DNA from: Tubiluchus corallicola
Taxonomy: Eukaryota; Animalia; Priapulida
DNA: 64,000 bases
NCBI GenBank assembly: GCA_030141605.1
Contig: JAQGDQ010000121.1
Span: 519,222 to 583,221, forward strand
Direction: 5' to 3'
The notes below the pieces were generated by a model. The model was not told the origin of the DNA, searched no databases, and saw nothing but the letters and a program-made list of their open reading frames with translations. Positions 22,501-37,700 of the stretch are shown here, in pieces. Position 1 is the first letter of the stretch, and every line of letters begins with the position of its first letter. Position numbers and translations under genes: made by a program.

Positions 22501-25500
22501 ATAGACTTATGTAGGAGTACCTATATTTCACTATAATTATTAACATCTATACCTTTTTGTACATACCTACACATCTTTAGTGGCAATTTACGCCTCATGA
22601 ACATGCAAAAAAATAAATCCTAATATAATGCCAAAAAGATTTCTAGTAATTTCTGCAGTACCTTCTGATTAGTATAAGTAAAAATCATGTAATATCTGGG
22701 TAATTCTTCATCAGGATTAGGTACCCTGTGCACGACGCCTGGTATGTAACATTCTCTCAGTTCTGTCCGCATTCTCTTCACCAAAACAAAATCTCCGATC
22801 TGAAAATATTATAGGAGTGGAAAAAGAACAGAAAATAAACATCATGCACGTTTTTCTGCTGAATATAAAATACAGTGTTTCAGAGTTACAGAGTCTCTAC
22901 TAGTTCAGTAGATGCTTCTAGGGAATATGCAGTCTTGGCATGCAGTCAGTGCAACAAACCTTATCACTTGTATAAGAAGGTAGCCTTTTTTGAGTAAATA
23001 AAAGACACGATCAGTGGTGATTCACTGGAAAAAAATCTCACTGCTGAAAAACAAACACTTTTTCACCAAATGGAAAAAGACGTTTTTCACTACTAAAAAA
23101 CAAACAGTTTTCACCAAAATTATTAAACAAATTTCATTTAGAACTTGCTTCAAATGTAAAAATGGAAAAGATATGTTATTTGACTTAACAACTCTGGTAA
23201 AACAAATCTTACATAGTGTTAGACAAGACTGGTTAATAATAACTAAAATAATCTGGACTTTGTCTTTCTTTATTTTATTTCACAACATTAATAGCCTTAT
23301 CGTTAACACTAATGACTTACTCGTAGCATTGGACAACTGTGAGCACCCCCAGTCATTATAATAAACTGGGTGGGTACAATTTGAGGATCAATGTCAAACA
23401 TGTCCACTAAAGCATGTTGCTTATTCACAGACTTGACAACTACACCTACAAAATATAATTAGTTTCTAAAAAACACGTAAATAAATTGCTGAACAAAGTC
23501 AGTAACAAGAAAAGATATCATATGTATTTTTACAAGTAATTACATATTTTCTACATGCACACAGCACAGTAAAAAATGCAGCATTTCTTAATTTTTGTAG
23601 TAAGTCGATTATTATTGTTTTTATTCTTGAGAATACTGGTTAAGTGACATGATATTTACTTTAAACAAGAGCAATATGTTATTTAGCAAGTGTTATTAGT
23701 TAGCAAAGTGAGCTTACCAGTATAGTAAAGTCCATCTTGCTCACTTCTAGCAATGACGGTTGACCCTCTTAACATGTCTATCGGTCTACGACGCAACAAT
23801 TCCTTTTTCGGTGTGGATTTGGCTTTTAAAAATGCCTGTCAAAAAAGTTCTCAGTAATTAAGTTAATACAAAAAAATTATGCAATGCTTTTACATATATG
23901 GTCAAATTACTGGTGCTGCATAATTTTGCATTCATAATTCATAATCTTGCACCACAGCATTGTGCACTACAGTGCAAGCTAAATAACACAAGTTCATTTA
24001 CCAATGAAACCCTTTCTGCTTGCTTTAAAATGTAAAGTAAAATGAATGATTTTAACAACTTAATAATTAGTAGAAATTAGTATCACTACTGCCCTAATAT
24101 ACTGCTTTTGCAATTGATGCGACTTTATTAAAGCTCATTAACAGTTACTTAAGAAATAGAAAATAGAAAGTTAAATTATCAACAAATGCAGTTTAAGAAG
24201 GGCCAACATTACAGCAGAGCATACCACAAGGCACACTTTTGGGTCCCTTGCTTTTCTGTCTTTACAAAAACAAAATATCTAAAACACTAACACATTGCAA
24301 TACAACACAGTATGCTCACAACACCACTACATATTTAGCCCATGAAAATCTAGCAACAGCTCAGATCAAGACATTGCAAACGTTAACATAGCATTTACCC
24401 TTTTAAAACTTAAATTAAAAAACACCAAAACAGATTTCATGTTCCTTTGCCCCTTCTCTATAAATGACAATATAACAAATACTTCAATAAAAGTTGGAAA
24501 TTGCACAATAAGGCAGAAACAAACGTGAATTTTCTTGGTATTTACGTAGATAATAAACTTTTGTGGGATAACCACTTTAATAAATTTACGATAAAATGGC
24601 ATGCAGGATGTCCTACTTATGGCAGGAAAAAGCTCAACTAACTAAACAGACAAAGTTATTATAAAATTCTCATTCTGCCCCAGTTTTTATACTTTTTCAT
24701 AACATTTCAAGAGGCAGCTATAATAAACTAAATAGTCTCTGGCAATTCAAATAAAATGCCTCTCATAGCAAATCAAACCTCTGCAACAAAATTAAGAACA
24801 ATATTTAAAATTCCAGTTATAAAAGCACATAAAGACTACTACACAACATTATTTTTATACGAATATGTCAACAATATTAACACGCGCTTCATAAAAATTA
24901 AGTTTCCACTCTTTCAGAAGCCAACACTAAACCTAAGAACACACAATATTAAACAAACACACAATAATAACTAATACGGCAACAATTCCATCACTAAACA
25001 AGGAGTTCAACTCTGGAATGCCGTGCCATCAAATTTAAAACAAATCAAGTCTTTGTGTGAGTTCAAATCAAAATTAAAAATGCGTACAATTAAATTGTTT
25101 GGAAAATCCTACACACATTAATGATAATATATATTCTTCCGCAAATTTTATTTATCCACACTTATTTTTTGTTTTAAAATTCTGTGCAAAGTAGTTTTTA
25201 GTTTGCACTGGACGCATTTGCCTTTAACAGTTACGTGAATTTTATTCTCTTAATCTGGTGTTCTTATATGCTTTTATGCTTGTGAATATCGATTTTGTTG
25301 GCAAATAAAGATTATATATGTATATGTATGTATATATTATATTGTATTGTATTGTATTGTATTGTATTGTATTGTATTGTATTGTATTGTATTGTATTGT
25401 ATTGTATTGTATTGTATTGTATTGTATTGTATTGTATTGTATTGTATTGTATTGTATTGTATTGTATTGTATTGTATTGTATTATATTATATTATATTAT

Positions 25501-25720
25501 ATTATATTATATTATATTATATTATATTATATTATATTATATTATATTATATTATATTATATTATATTATATTATATTATATTATATTATATTATATTAT
25601 ATTATATTATATTATATTATATTATATTATATTATATTATATTATATTATATTATATTATATTATATTATATTATATTATATTATATTATATTATATTAT
25701 ATTATATTATATTATATGTG

Positions 25721-25752
<32 letters not shown>

Positions 25753-28700
25753 AGTGCGTGCGTGTGTGTATACATAATAAAAAAATTCCAGATTTTCCGA
25801 GATGTGAGCAAGGTAGATTCCTAATTTTTCATACAATAAACAAACTAGTATCAACAGTTAATGATAAATAAACAAGCAGGTTTTATTATGACTTACTTCC
25901 AAGTGAGATGCAGATGAGTTTAGAGAATAGCTCTCAACGGTTTCTGTTCTGTTTACTTTATTCACTCCTGTTAGATCTCTAGCCTGCTGTAAATACTTGT
26001 ATGCCTGATCAATTTCATCCTCCATTAACATAATATCAATCTATAAAAAGCAATTAAGTAACTTGACTGCTGTGAAAAATATAAAAATAATAACAAAAAT
26101 ATATAACATGTACATGTACAATTTTTTATTTGTACAAACTGCAAATGCAATAGAGACTTAATAATAATTTTATTGCATGTTTTACGTAAGTGCATCTCAA
26201 GTGCAGTTCACACCTCAGTAATTTTATTCCAACCATTGCGATTAAGTGCTTCTAGTAACCTCTCTTTTTCTGCCTCAAATGATATTGGCCCCGAACCTAC
26301 ATCGAACCTACAAAACAAGGATATGTTATGTTTTTCAGTTACCACAGAGTTGAAAACAAATTGTTCAGTACAGTGATTCAACATAATGGCACTGTGGCCT
26401 ATAAGGTTCCTATTCCATTGCAACCAGCACTATTCCTAACGATCATGTTTACGAGACATAGATCATTCAAAAAAGCTGGTGAGGTAAAGCTACAGATGCA
26501 CACATAGGGCTTCAAAATATATGCCAATTGACTTGGTCATTGGATTACAGGCAAAAATTATCATTATTTAAATATTTTGTGGTAAGTGGACATGATAAGC
26601 AAAATATTTTTGCAGAATTTACTCTATGCAAATTTTCATATTAAACCATAAGTAAACAACAACAATACTGATCTTGTTTGTTGGTATGGGTAGCTTGGTG
26701 TAAAATGGCTTTGCTATGGATATAGTAGCATTTCTGCTTGATGAGCTGACTATGGTTAAGTTTCAGAAAAGTAAAAAGGGGTTAATTTGCATATACTCAC
26801 TGCTTCTGCTCTTCGGGTGGTAATGAATTCCATACTATATCGCTAAGCCTCCTGCAATACATACAAATTAATAAACCACATAAGCATTTTAGCAAAATAT
26901 AAACTCACACAAGCTACTAAACTACAAGCTAATCAATGAAGCCAAAACAGATAGGGAAAAAAATCCATTTTCAGACTATTGCCTAATGCCTAATTGCTTT
27001 ACTCACACATGAAAGCCTAAACAATTTAACTGATAACATGGTTCAAATTGTTAAACATAGGATCTCCAGGTCAGGTTAACAGTGACTTGCCATATACTCA
27101 CAGCACAACAGCTACAGTTACGCTTAAAGGACAAGAAAAGGGTACCTGAAGTAGATTTCAGAAAAATTGTCTTAAAAATTATTTTACTTTATAGCAATTT
27201 TATGCCTATATCGTTTTTTATGCCTAAAGGATTTTTAGTTTGTTTTCATTTTAAAACTCCCGCAACACTGTTCCGACTGTGCCATTACATGGCATCATCT
27301 ACACACAATGTAAATCAGCGGAAGAAAAATAAATGTTAAACCATGTCCCAAAAAGCATTTCACACAAAGTTATATCTCTTAGCATTTCACATACCTGCTT
27401 GAAAGACTTATGTAACTAGAAAAGACAATTATTAATTATTTAAAATGCTTTCAACAATTGGTAAAATGTCATTGAGTCACCTCCAGGTTGCACCATTCAC
27501 TAACCAAAAATGCATTTTTAATCTTATTGACAAGATACAATAATTTTAAATTTTATTTAGTTAGTGACGTGTGTGCTACGAATGCCCTGATTATTTACAG
27601 TAATTTTAAATTTTATTTAGTTAGTGACGTGTGTGCTACGAATGCCCTGATTATTTCTTCAAAGTTCGCGCAGTTGTTTCAAATAACTTATCCTTAAAAT
27701 GGCTGCATCTAACGAACATTGCGGGAGTTTAAATTTACAAGTTTTATACAGTGTTATTGCCGATTCAAGTCTAATATGTAAAAGGCAGTATGTAAGTGGT
27801 ATAATATTTCAAGGTGAATTTTTTAAACTTTATGTAAGTTGAGGGTTTTCTTGTACTTTAAGAAACGCATGGATAAAGCAACTAATCAGCAAAGTTATAG
27901 TCCGATTACCCTTTAAATAAAGATATTGCTTTCTCTAAGCGGTTTTCATAAGCTTGAAGATCAATAGCACGTGGATTAACTAGTTTCACTTGATTTTCAC
28001 CATCTATGTGTCTAATTGGTAATACCTGCAAATACAAAAAAATATTAGTACTCCTGCTCAATGATAACACTTTTTGATCAGAAACTTCAAAATACTGTTC
28101 AGCTTGTTTAACAAAAGTCATTATTCATATTCCTAAGAGGCATTAATGTCAACGTCATTATAATTTGCACTGGATACTTATCCAACTTTGAACATTGATG
28201 AAACATGAGATTTAACAGCCAAATGACACAAATACAATGGATACAAGCAATTAGATATTCTTCAGAATACTGTGAAACAGGAATTACAGTGAAACAAAGT
28301 ACAAACAAGCAAATTCTATCATTGTCTAACCTCATACAGCATTAGGCAATTTCCAGCAATATTAAAGACTATGATAATGAGTAGCAATGAATACACGGTC
28401 ACAGTGTTGCTAGGGTAAAGGAAAGACATACAATAACAAAAATAAAACCTTAGAATTCAAACTGTAATGTACACATACTTGATCAAACACTTTAGCAAGA
28501 ACATGTTTCTGAATAGCAGGCACATAAGTTGCATTATGTGGGACGGCAGTCGGTGCAAGTGCATCCATAATAGTAAGTTTTCTAGCAGACAGACCATGAT
28601 ATTTCAGCCACTGGCGAGTAGACAGCTCCAATGAACTAAAAGAATGAAAGCAAATTTGTTAACAAAAACACAGAAGCCCGATATGTAGCTTATACATTCT

Positions 28701-31700
28701 TCGAGAGCTACATTGATTTTTTTTGTGGTGCACCCATCTAACCTATGTAGATTCTGACATGTGCCTAGAAAACACACACGCACGCAAGCTGCATCTCTAT
28801 GCTATCAATTACCATTCAATACAACCAATACGAGATTTACATGACTAAATATGAATAAAGAATAACTACTGCCAAAATCGTCAACAATGGTCTAAAAAGA
28901 AAAAGAGTAAAGAAGAAAGAAAAATATTATTAGCAATTTTTTCTAGATGGTGTGAAAAAATTTAAACTATTAGTGTCACTCATTCAGAAAGGTTAAGCAA
29001 CTGCATACTAATGGCATACATAAAAAGTACGGACTAACAGACCTCTCTATGACCGATCTGTGTTCAACTTTTACAGAAATACAGAAGCAAAAGAACTTGA
29101 GGAAAGCAAAAAAGTGAATAAAACATAAAGTAGAAAATCGATACCTTGTCAAATCCTCTTTAATCTTCTTTATCTTCTTCATTTCTCTATCGATTCTTTT
29201 TTGTGATGTTTCTTCTTTTTTAGCTAGCAGATTTTTCAAGAATTCACGAGTATCGGGCAGAAGCCACTCACCAGTGGAAGCAGCGAAATTGCCGGAACTA
29301 GAAAGAACCCGAAGCAGACTTGTCTTGGTGTGACCTGAAATAACAAAACAGTAGTAATTTGAACAAAACCCGGATAAACTCCAAAATAAACTTACTGTTC
29401 ACCTGATACTCTTAGATTAGGCATTAATTCTCACTGTTTCACTGTTATGTCAAGTAATGGATAAAAGTAGAAGCAATGTTTTCTTTTATACCCTATCACT
29501 TTGTCATGAAAACTCAGATCATTGCAATACAACAACATTGCTTTTCTGCGAAATAGTTTTATTTGCACTCTCGTGGTTCCGCCTACAGCCCAATCGAATG
29601 ATTTGTGCCTAAGATGAAGCCAAGGGCACAAACTGAATGTAAGAGGTGCAGAGATGCAAATTCAATCCAAAGTCTGCACAGGGAAACAGGCCGAAAATAA
29701 TTAGAATTATCACTAAGATTACAAATAGGGTACTTAAAAAAATAAATGAGAAGGATAAAGAAAGAAAAGTAGAATAAAAAATTAATATTAATGAATAATA
29801 AAAGTCTAGTTAATTTTTACAGGTAGTCACAGTATCATAAAAAGAAAATAACTTTTATTAGAAACATATAAAATGTTAAAAAGCATGTCACAAAAAATTA
29901 ATAATAAATATTGTGAAAGCTGTTTCTTCCAAAGATTTTGTATAAACATCAGCATGGCTATTTGTTGGTGTGCTAATTTAAAAATATTTTAGAATAATAA
30001 GCTTTTTAGCATTCACATAAAATACCGGTATGTACACACTGAGATTAACGAGTGCTCGCATACTATAAAAATATCAAAAATAAAACTGTCAAACGATATT
30101 GCTATTTAATATTGCCATACATAAAAAATTCATCTTACCAGCAGTTAATGGCTTCTTTGGCGCGGCTGCATATTGTCGTGATCGAACAGAAGATGTTGTC
30201 TTTGGTCTCTGTGGTGGAACCACTGTAACTTGTTCCGAAGATACGGGCACATTTGCTGTACTAGGTCGTGGAACTGCTCTAGACGAGCCTTTCTCTGCTG
30301 GTAGCTTGGATCTACAAGGCACAGCAGCTGTAGCAATTGTAGGCATTTCTGTAGCAGATGCAGCAGGCATATTGGTAGTGTTATCATAAGATGCCTCTTT
30401 AGAAGGACAAGGATCTTTCTGCAGGGTTTTTGATTTCGACAAAATCAGTTGTTCTGGACTAGGAGTAGCCGTTGGTGGATTTACAACTATGTTTAAATCA
30501 CTTTCACTTACTTTTTGTAAATTATGCGGTGTTCGGTATGCTGAAACAAACAAAAGCAATGAATTATTTCAGTAACAAACTATTCGCAGTCAATACGTTT
30601 TAGAACTTGCTCGTTAAACACTGCAATTTTGATTGTATGACTGGAACAGCAACTCAAAAAGGTCATTGTTGAACTCATGATCTTCTGACACTTCTTGCAG
30701 ACATCTCTTAAGCTTGTCTTTTGATTGCTGATCAACAGCACATTCTGAGATCATCTAACTTACCGTCTGTCTTTGCACTAGGCATTGAGAGCCCTGAAAG
30801 CATGCACTGCGAACACAGAGTCACTGTACTTTCCATGATACTTTCATGTAATAAATTGTTTTATACTATTACTCGTTCTCTTGAAACTGGCAAAAGGTTG
30901 TATACCACACTACAATTTTGGTAAAATTATCAACAGTAAGTCCTCTTGATAAATTATAACTAACAATAATGAAATTGATAATTTTGTTAGCAGCTTACCT
31001 TTTGCAGACAATGGTCTTTCTGGATGAGACGAAGCAGTCATTGGCAATGATCCTGAAGAAAGTGAAGACAAGAGCTCGCTATCATCCTCTGGTGTAGACC
31101 TGTCGCAAGGAGGTAGAATTTCTTCGTTGTTTGCCCATTTTAGGCTTTTTTGTGACTCAGTCCGAACTTGATCGACATTTGTGTCATCTGCAAGAGACTT
31201 CTGGCTTGCCACAGGATAAGATGTAAGTAATGAACTATCAGGACGAGGAGTTCGTAGCAGCCTTAATCCCAGAGAAGACGAGGATGCTTCTGATAAAATA
31301 GTGGATGAACTAGAGGACCTGCCTGGTGAAAAAGGTTTGCTGCAAAAAATGACAATTACGACACAAAAAACATTAAAAAAAAATCAATTCTCTTTTAAAA
31401 TCAACTTGCAAAAAAATGATAAATAATTATGAAGACATTGACGTTAATAATGAAAAAAGACACCAGCTACATTTTTGTAATAAATAATTACTGTTGCAAA
31501 TGTTCTATATAATTAAGGAGAGTACATATAATTATGTACAACACTGCAAATTATTTGCAAACTAGATGATTAAAAATTCCATTAAGAAAACTTCTTGACT
31601 ATTCCTATAAAGTGCAGAGAAATAATTTATTGCGTATAACAGGTATGTAACTCTAGCAAATAAGTTTAGAAAGCCTCTTTGACTGAATGTTTCTTACCCC

Positions 31701-34700
31701 GTGCCCTCAACACTTGTTTCATTTAAAACTATAAAATTAAATCAAACACTCAGCATCTCAATCATCAATGAAGACAGCAACAATCAACATGTTAGACCTA
31801 ATCTTTGATTGGTTTTCTACAAATCAAGCTATCGCATGACGGTCTTCAAATGCACATGCATGAATTCAAAATATAAAGCACTTCAGGAGGCAATAAAATT
31901 GCAGTTTTTAAGCATGCAATTTTCTCAAAGTAATTGCACGTTTGAGTAGTTAGATTCAGGAGCAATAATATGGAAAATGAAGGAAAGTAAACGCATAAAA
32001 TATGCGATTGCATGCAATGCAATTCTGATGCTAACACTACAGCTGGTCACGCAATGAGCTCAATGCTTTATGCTCCAGCTACTTAAAGTACATTTCACGA
32101 GCGTTTCCAGCATGCACATATGAGTTAGTTATAATAATAAAAACCTTAAATGTGCAATAAAAACTTTTAGCCTTGACATGCAGTTTGATATGAGTTCAGT
32201 TTTCTTTTCTTTGTACACTTGTTCATGAGAGCAAGACAAAGACGACGCCTTTTACCCACCTGTATCTAACAGAGAATGCGACACGCATTCATTAAATAAT
32301 TAGTTAATGTAACATTTTCATGTACTTCCGGAAGATCACACATTCACATATTATTGGGTGTGACATGCAGCATTCATTGGAAGTACTATACAAAACTTAA
32401 CTATTCATAGAACAAATAGTAGGGCTGATACTTGGCAAGAACCATTGCATGACGATGAATTAACCTACATTTATACAGACATAATGACGAGTATAATGCA
32501 CAATGTCTCTAACTTTACTGTAATTGCTGCACTTGAGAAACAAACCATAGACTGTTGTTTGGTTATTGAAATATATATGGTCAATCAAGGCACTCAATTA
32601 TAATTTTGTCATATAAATATAAGTGTCAGCAGCCAGAGCAGCCAAACCGAAACAAGAATCCGCAATACATATAATAATTGCTTTCTTATTTTTACTTTAA
32701 TGTGTAATTGTCAAATGACCCAATAAGCAAGTTGACCAACATATTTGGACAACAATATGCTCCTTGTTCTATTTGACTTTTGATTTGAATTTGACCTTAT
32801 GCATACATTTCAGAAAACTGTGGAAAAGCAAATTTAAATTTACAAAAGTATTCTGGAAACTTTAAATACATATTTTCCATTTTCTTGGCTAAAAAAAGGA
32901 AAGTAAAATCCCTTCTAAATCAAAAGATACCAAAACCTAAAATAATTGTATTTTTAAAAATAGGATATAACAACCTATTAACCTGAAATTATAGGAAATG
33001 GTTGGAGTACTTTTATTATCAAATGACGATAATTAGAAGTTTGTCTAAGAAACTTAAGTTTATGTGCAAAATGAAGCGTACCTCTCATACTTTTGTATGT
33101 TGACCTCCACACTGCCTGTCATTTGACTTTGTTCCTTCTCTTTCTCTGATACATCGTGCCCTGACTCAGACAACTCCTCTTTTTCTGACGATGGTGATTC
33201 ATAACTAGCTGCACTTGGTGGTCGAGGAACATACTTTGCAGGCGATTGCGATGCAGAACATCCTCTCTTCTCAGTAGATTCAGCCACCTGAGGCTCAGAT
33301 CCAATTGCGTTACATTCTTTCAGTAGCTGGGCCATTTTGCCTAGCCAGTCATGTCCCAGTTTAATCTCGTTTCTCAACAGTTTTACTTCATCACTCTAGG
33401 ACAATCAAAAACATCAGCGTTATAAATAAGCACAAAGATAAGTACGCTAAAAAACATTTAATTATATGTCTTTATACATTTAATTGTAGGAAAATTGTTC
33501 ACAAGTCAGCAATTAAGCTTGTCCAAATATTCACATATCGAGGATCTCCATTTCATGCAGATCATTTTGATACTAAGCCAATTGCTCTATGTCATTTCTA
33601 AGCTAAGGTAATCCACGTTGAAGTTCGGGTGCACGCTAAGCACTGAAAAACATAATCTTGAGAAAATCGCTGTTAAAGTTAGTAAATGGTTTTTTGTCAT
33701 GTCTTTAGAAAACATTTAGCATCCGCACAAATGTTGGTTGCTACGGACTTTGCAAGAACACATTAAAGTTATGTTTAAATCCAGTAGATGGCTCTTCCTG
33801 ATGAAGATCTAGGCTTGGCAGCAGAAAAAACCTGAAGCAAAATAACTGCTTCTACGACTTACAAATGGAATCTGAAAATACGAGTTTTTTACAATTGCAG
33901 TACTAGTTTCTAGGAAGCAAAGTGGGTACGGGGTTAAAAAATGAGATTTTTAGTACTTTTTGAACACTTTCTAGATAATTTGATGGTAGAATATAAGAGT
34001 CCAACATATTTAGTGTTTGTTTTAAAGATTTGTTTTTAAGAATTTTGTTTTTATGAAAAACAAAAAATTGACATTTGACCAAATTTTTGATGCATTCTAG
34101 TTTGAAGCATCAATAACTATGCCGACTTGTGGATAGTTTTGATTAGCAGGCACACATATGTGAGTTTCAAATGAGCAAGTTAATTATAGGCCATAAGAGC
34201 CTAGATGAACACTAAAGGGCTGCCAAACACACTTCTTTTCATATGAAAGCCTCTAACTCAGATTCACACCTATGTAATTGTTGACTGCATGTCACAATAC
34301 TATAGTCTAGGCCCAAATCCTGAAAAAGTGCTTCTATGAGGTTCTAATGGTGTTCTTAAAAAATGCCTCTAGGGTTCCACTTTCTGAAACTGGGACCACA
34401 CTACGATCACAATTCACAAGTGATTTCCTAACTGGTGTAACACAAGTTCTGGAAAAAATTTTCGTGCACCAGAAATAAAAGCATTTAATAGACTAAAAGC
34501 TTTAACAGAAAATCATGAAAACAATTTGGGATTGGCCCCAATTCATTCAAAGGTAAAGGCCTGTTTTAAGTTTTTCTAGATGATCCAATCTATTTAATGA
34601 TCAAATTACGGCTTTAGTTTATGGCTTTATTAATTTTTCATTTAATTTTCCCATGTGGTATGCCGTGGTTATCTCAGAAGTATGTAATGTCACTCCCATG

Positions 34701-37700
34701 ACATACCTCGCTAGAAATAGGTTCTCCATTTCTGCAGTGATAATATTTGCGAAATCTTCCGCCAGTTGCCATTGACAGCATCTCCAGAAACTCGTTAGCT
34801 TCTTGGTCATTGCAATTAAATGAGATGGTGTGTATCGGCACACTTCCCAGTAACCTCACTTCACTGAGTATGCTCTCAGCTTCCTGAAAATATAAAGAAA
34901 CCTTATTCAGGGAGAATATAGTTGCATCCTAATGTGGTTAAGAAACCCTTGTTGGATCACTATCTCATCTTAGACACATAACTTCGATAATGAGTTAGTT
35001 TCTGGTACTGCTGTTGAATGCTGGATTCTGGCTTGCAGTGTGCCGAATTGCAGAAAAAACGGAGACATGTTGATGTTCAGATGAAACTAGAAAGTTGCAA
35101 TATCTGGATTTGCTAAAAGACCAGGGAGCAGCGTGAACTAACACCTAACAGAAAACACAAGATTCGAAGACTCAAACTAAAATGTACAAATTTAGATAAA
35201 CTTTTGGTTTAAGATGCTCAGTTCACAAGAAACACTATTGTCATGGATGTACAATGTAACAAATATGGTACTGTCAACACTTTCAACATGTGACTTATCC
35301 AAGTACCTGTCAAAATCATTGCTGCTTAATTCTACAAAATGATTTTAGTCTAAACGGTGAGACTGCACTACAGCAGTCTGCCAAATTAGTTGTTTACGAC
35401 GTAGCTGTACCTGATCTGGTCGTCCGTCTGTTAAAAGGTACACAGCCTCAGACCGTACATCCACCAATGCTTTCCGCAAGGCTTCTAATGTGTTAGTGCT
35501 GCCATCTACAGTTAACTTGTTCACCCATTTCAGTGCTTCATTAATGGTCTCCGAAGTTACCTTACAAATTTCGTTTTTCCATCTCACGACATCGCTACCA
35601 AAACGCACTAGATTAAATGCGTCCTTGTACTTGATTTGATCCTTATAATAGTAAAAATAAAAATTAAAAAAATGGCAGAAAATATCATTAAAACTCGTGT
35701 TGATTTTAAAAACGATGCTAAATAACTCAATATAAAGGTAAAACAATAGAAATTTATGAATATCCCAAACAAGTCAGAAAAAAAGCAAAGGCAATAAATT
35801 CATTGCAAATGAAAACAATGTCAAAAAAAATAATATTATTGAGTTCAGTCATCTTTAGCATTATGATCATCATCACTTCGTTATCAACATCATTGCTGCC
35901 ACCATTATCTTTGTTACTGTCAACATCATCTTCTGAAAGTCTTTGTTTTACTACAAGTGCAGTTAATCAATCAAAATCACACAATGTGAATCTTTAAACC
36001 ATTGAGGCAGTACCAAAGATGATGCTACAATGATACGAATCGTGTACATCAATACAGCAGTCCTATACTTATACAACAAAAAACAAAATAAATAAACTAA
36101 CCTCTAACAGCAATGATAAACTCTCTTTGACAAAGGTAAAACTATTCTCCATAGAATCAGAAGCATCAATAAGCAAGTAAAATGAATTTTCAATAATCTC
36201 TCCAAATAGCTGATCACTTCTCCCACTGACTAGCTTTATCCTGCAAAAAGAAAAAAATATTCTTGTTCTTCAACAGCAGAGTTTGTTAGAAAATCTTAGT
36301 CTGGAGTACAGTGTGTCAGTCATGATGTTGAGTTTAGAAACTAATCCTGAACTCAATATGCCTTTACACTAAGCACCAAATGCTTTGTTTGACCAAACAA
36401 CTGCAGCAGATGTCAAAGTTTAATCAGGTCTTCATCGTCTTCTTAGGCAGTAACAATGAATAGCATATATTAGTTGGACTTCCCTCAAGAAGAGCTAGGC
36501 GAATTTCGGGTGATTTTATCGGGTTTTGTATAAGTTAAAGTGAGTAGCCTGACTCAAAAACAGTTATGGTTTTATTAAATATACTTTATTTGCTAACTGT
36601 TTGTTATTGGCAGATGATAGTTGAAATATTTATGTAAAAACTCACTAAAACAACTTAAATAATAAAATTGCATTACAAATGATTGAATCCGGAATTGCAA
36701 ATAAGTCGATGACAATAAATTAAATACAAATTAACAAGCTCTAGAAAATGTATATAAAAATTAAAAAGCACTTACATAAAATTGCAAGAAATCACTTGTT
36801 GACAGCAACACCTCTCTTGCTGACATGAAAATTTACTACATACATCACTCAGACAGAACCAAAATCATGAAACATTACAGGCCTATTGAACAATTATCAA
36901 CTGAAAATTATTCCTTTACATCAGGCACTCTCTAATTTTGCTCCATTAAGAATTGATGATCACTGATTTGTATTAAATTTTACTATTACAGCTCTTATGA
37001 AATTCTTGGACTATTTAGAGAACTTCTGGAGAACTCGCATATTTAGAAGAAAGCTTGCACAACTCTACACGGCCAGAGAAACAACTGAAAGTTAAATAAG
37101 AGGCTCCTGCTTAAAACTAAGTTCCAACTGGGACGCATTTGCATCATATTAAAAGATGCTCTAAAAACACATTCATTCCTCAAATGCTCTTCAACATTTC
37201 AAAGAAAAAAATTGTTCCATATTTAGATGATGATTTGCATGGAAAAATGTTTCAGTGTGCCATTATCAAATAGAGCACCACGTCATATCAACTTCTTATA
37301 CTTTTCCATGTACTACGGCACTTTGCAAGACAGAGCGCAGCATTCAATGGCAAGGCCTATTTAACGTAATGTTTCTGGCATGACCTGGCACCCACTTTCT
37401 CTTTAAAAGAATTCTGGACACCATGAACCAGAGAATTAAGATCCATTTTTTTCTCGAGAACAAATCTTCATCAGTGCTTTATTATCTTATTATCTGTGTT
37501 GAAGACGATGATATAAACTGGTTGATTCCTTTATTGAATTGCTACCAAATTTGAGTGCTTTATACATCAACATGGCTGTTTTTGAATTGATGATATTTTC
37601 TGCATACTAAAACTGCTCAACAATAACTTAAGTTACTAAAATACCAAAGCTATAAACTCGTAACTGTTTTAGCCAAAAGGTTAACTTATTGTAATATCCT

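Noticed and set aside
25295-25871. Three 160-174 aa ORFs (YCIVL/YYIIL repeats)
   Set aside because: Translations of a stop-free pentamer microsatellite in all three frames; not genes.
27541-27656. CRISPR-like or regulatory repeat array
   Set aside because: Only two adjacent copies, no spacers, eukaryotic intron; a simple tandem duplication.
29134-29144. Possible U12-type donor GTATCGATTTT in VWA3B
   Set aside because: Departs from the GTATCCTTT consensus; treated as an ordinary U2 intron.
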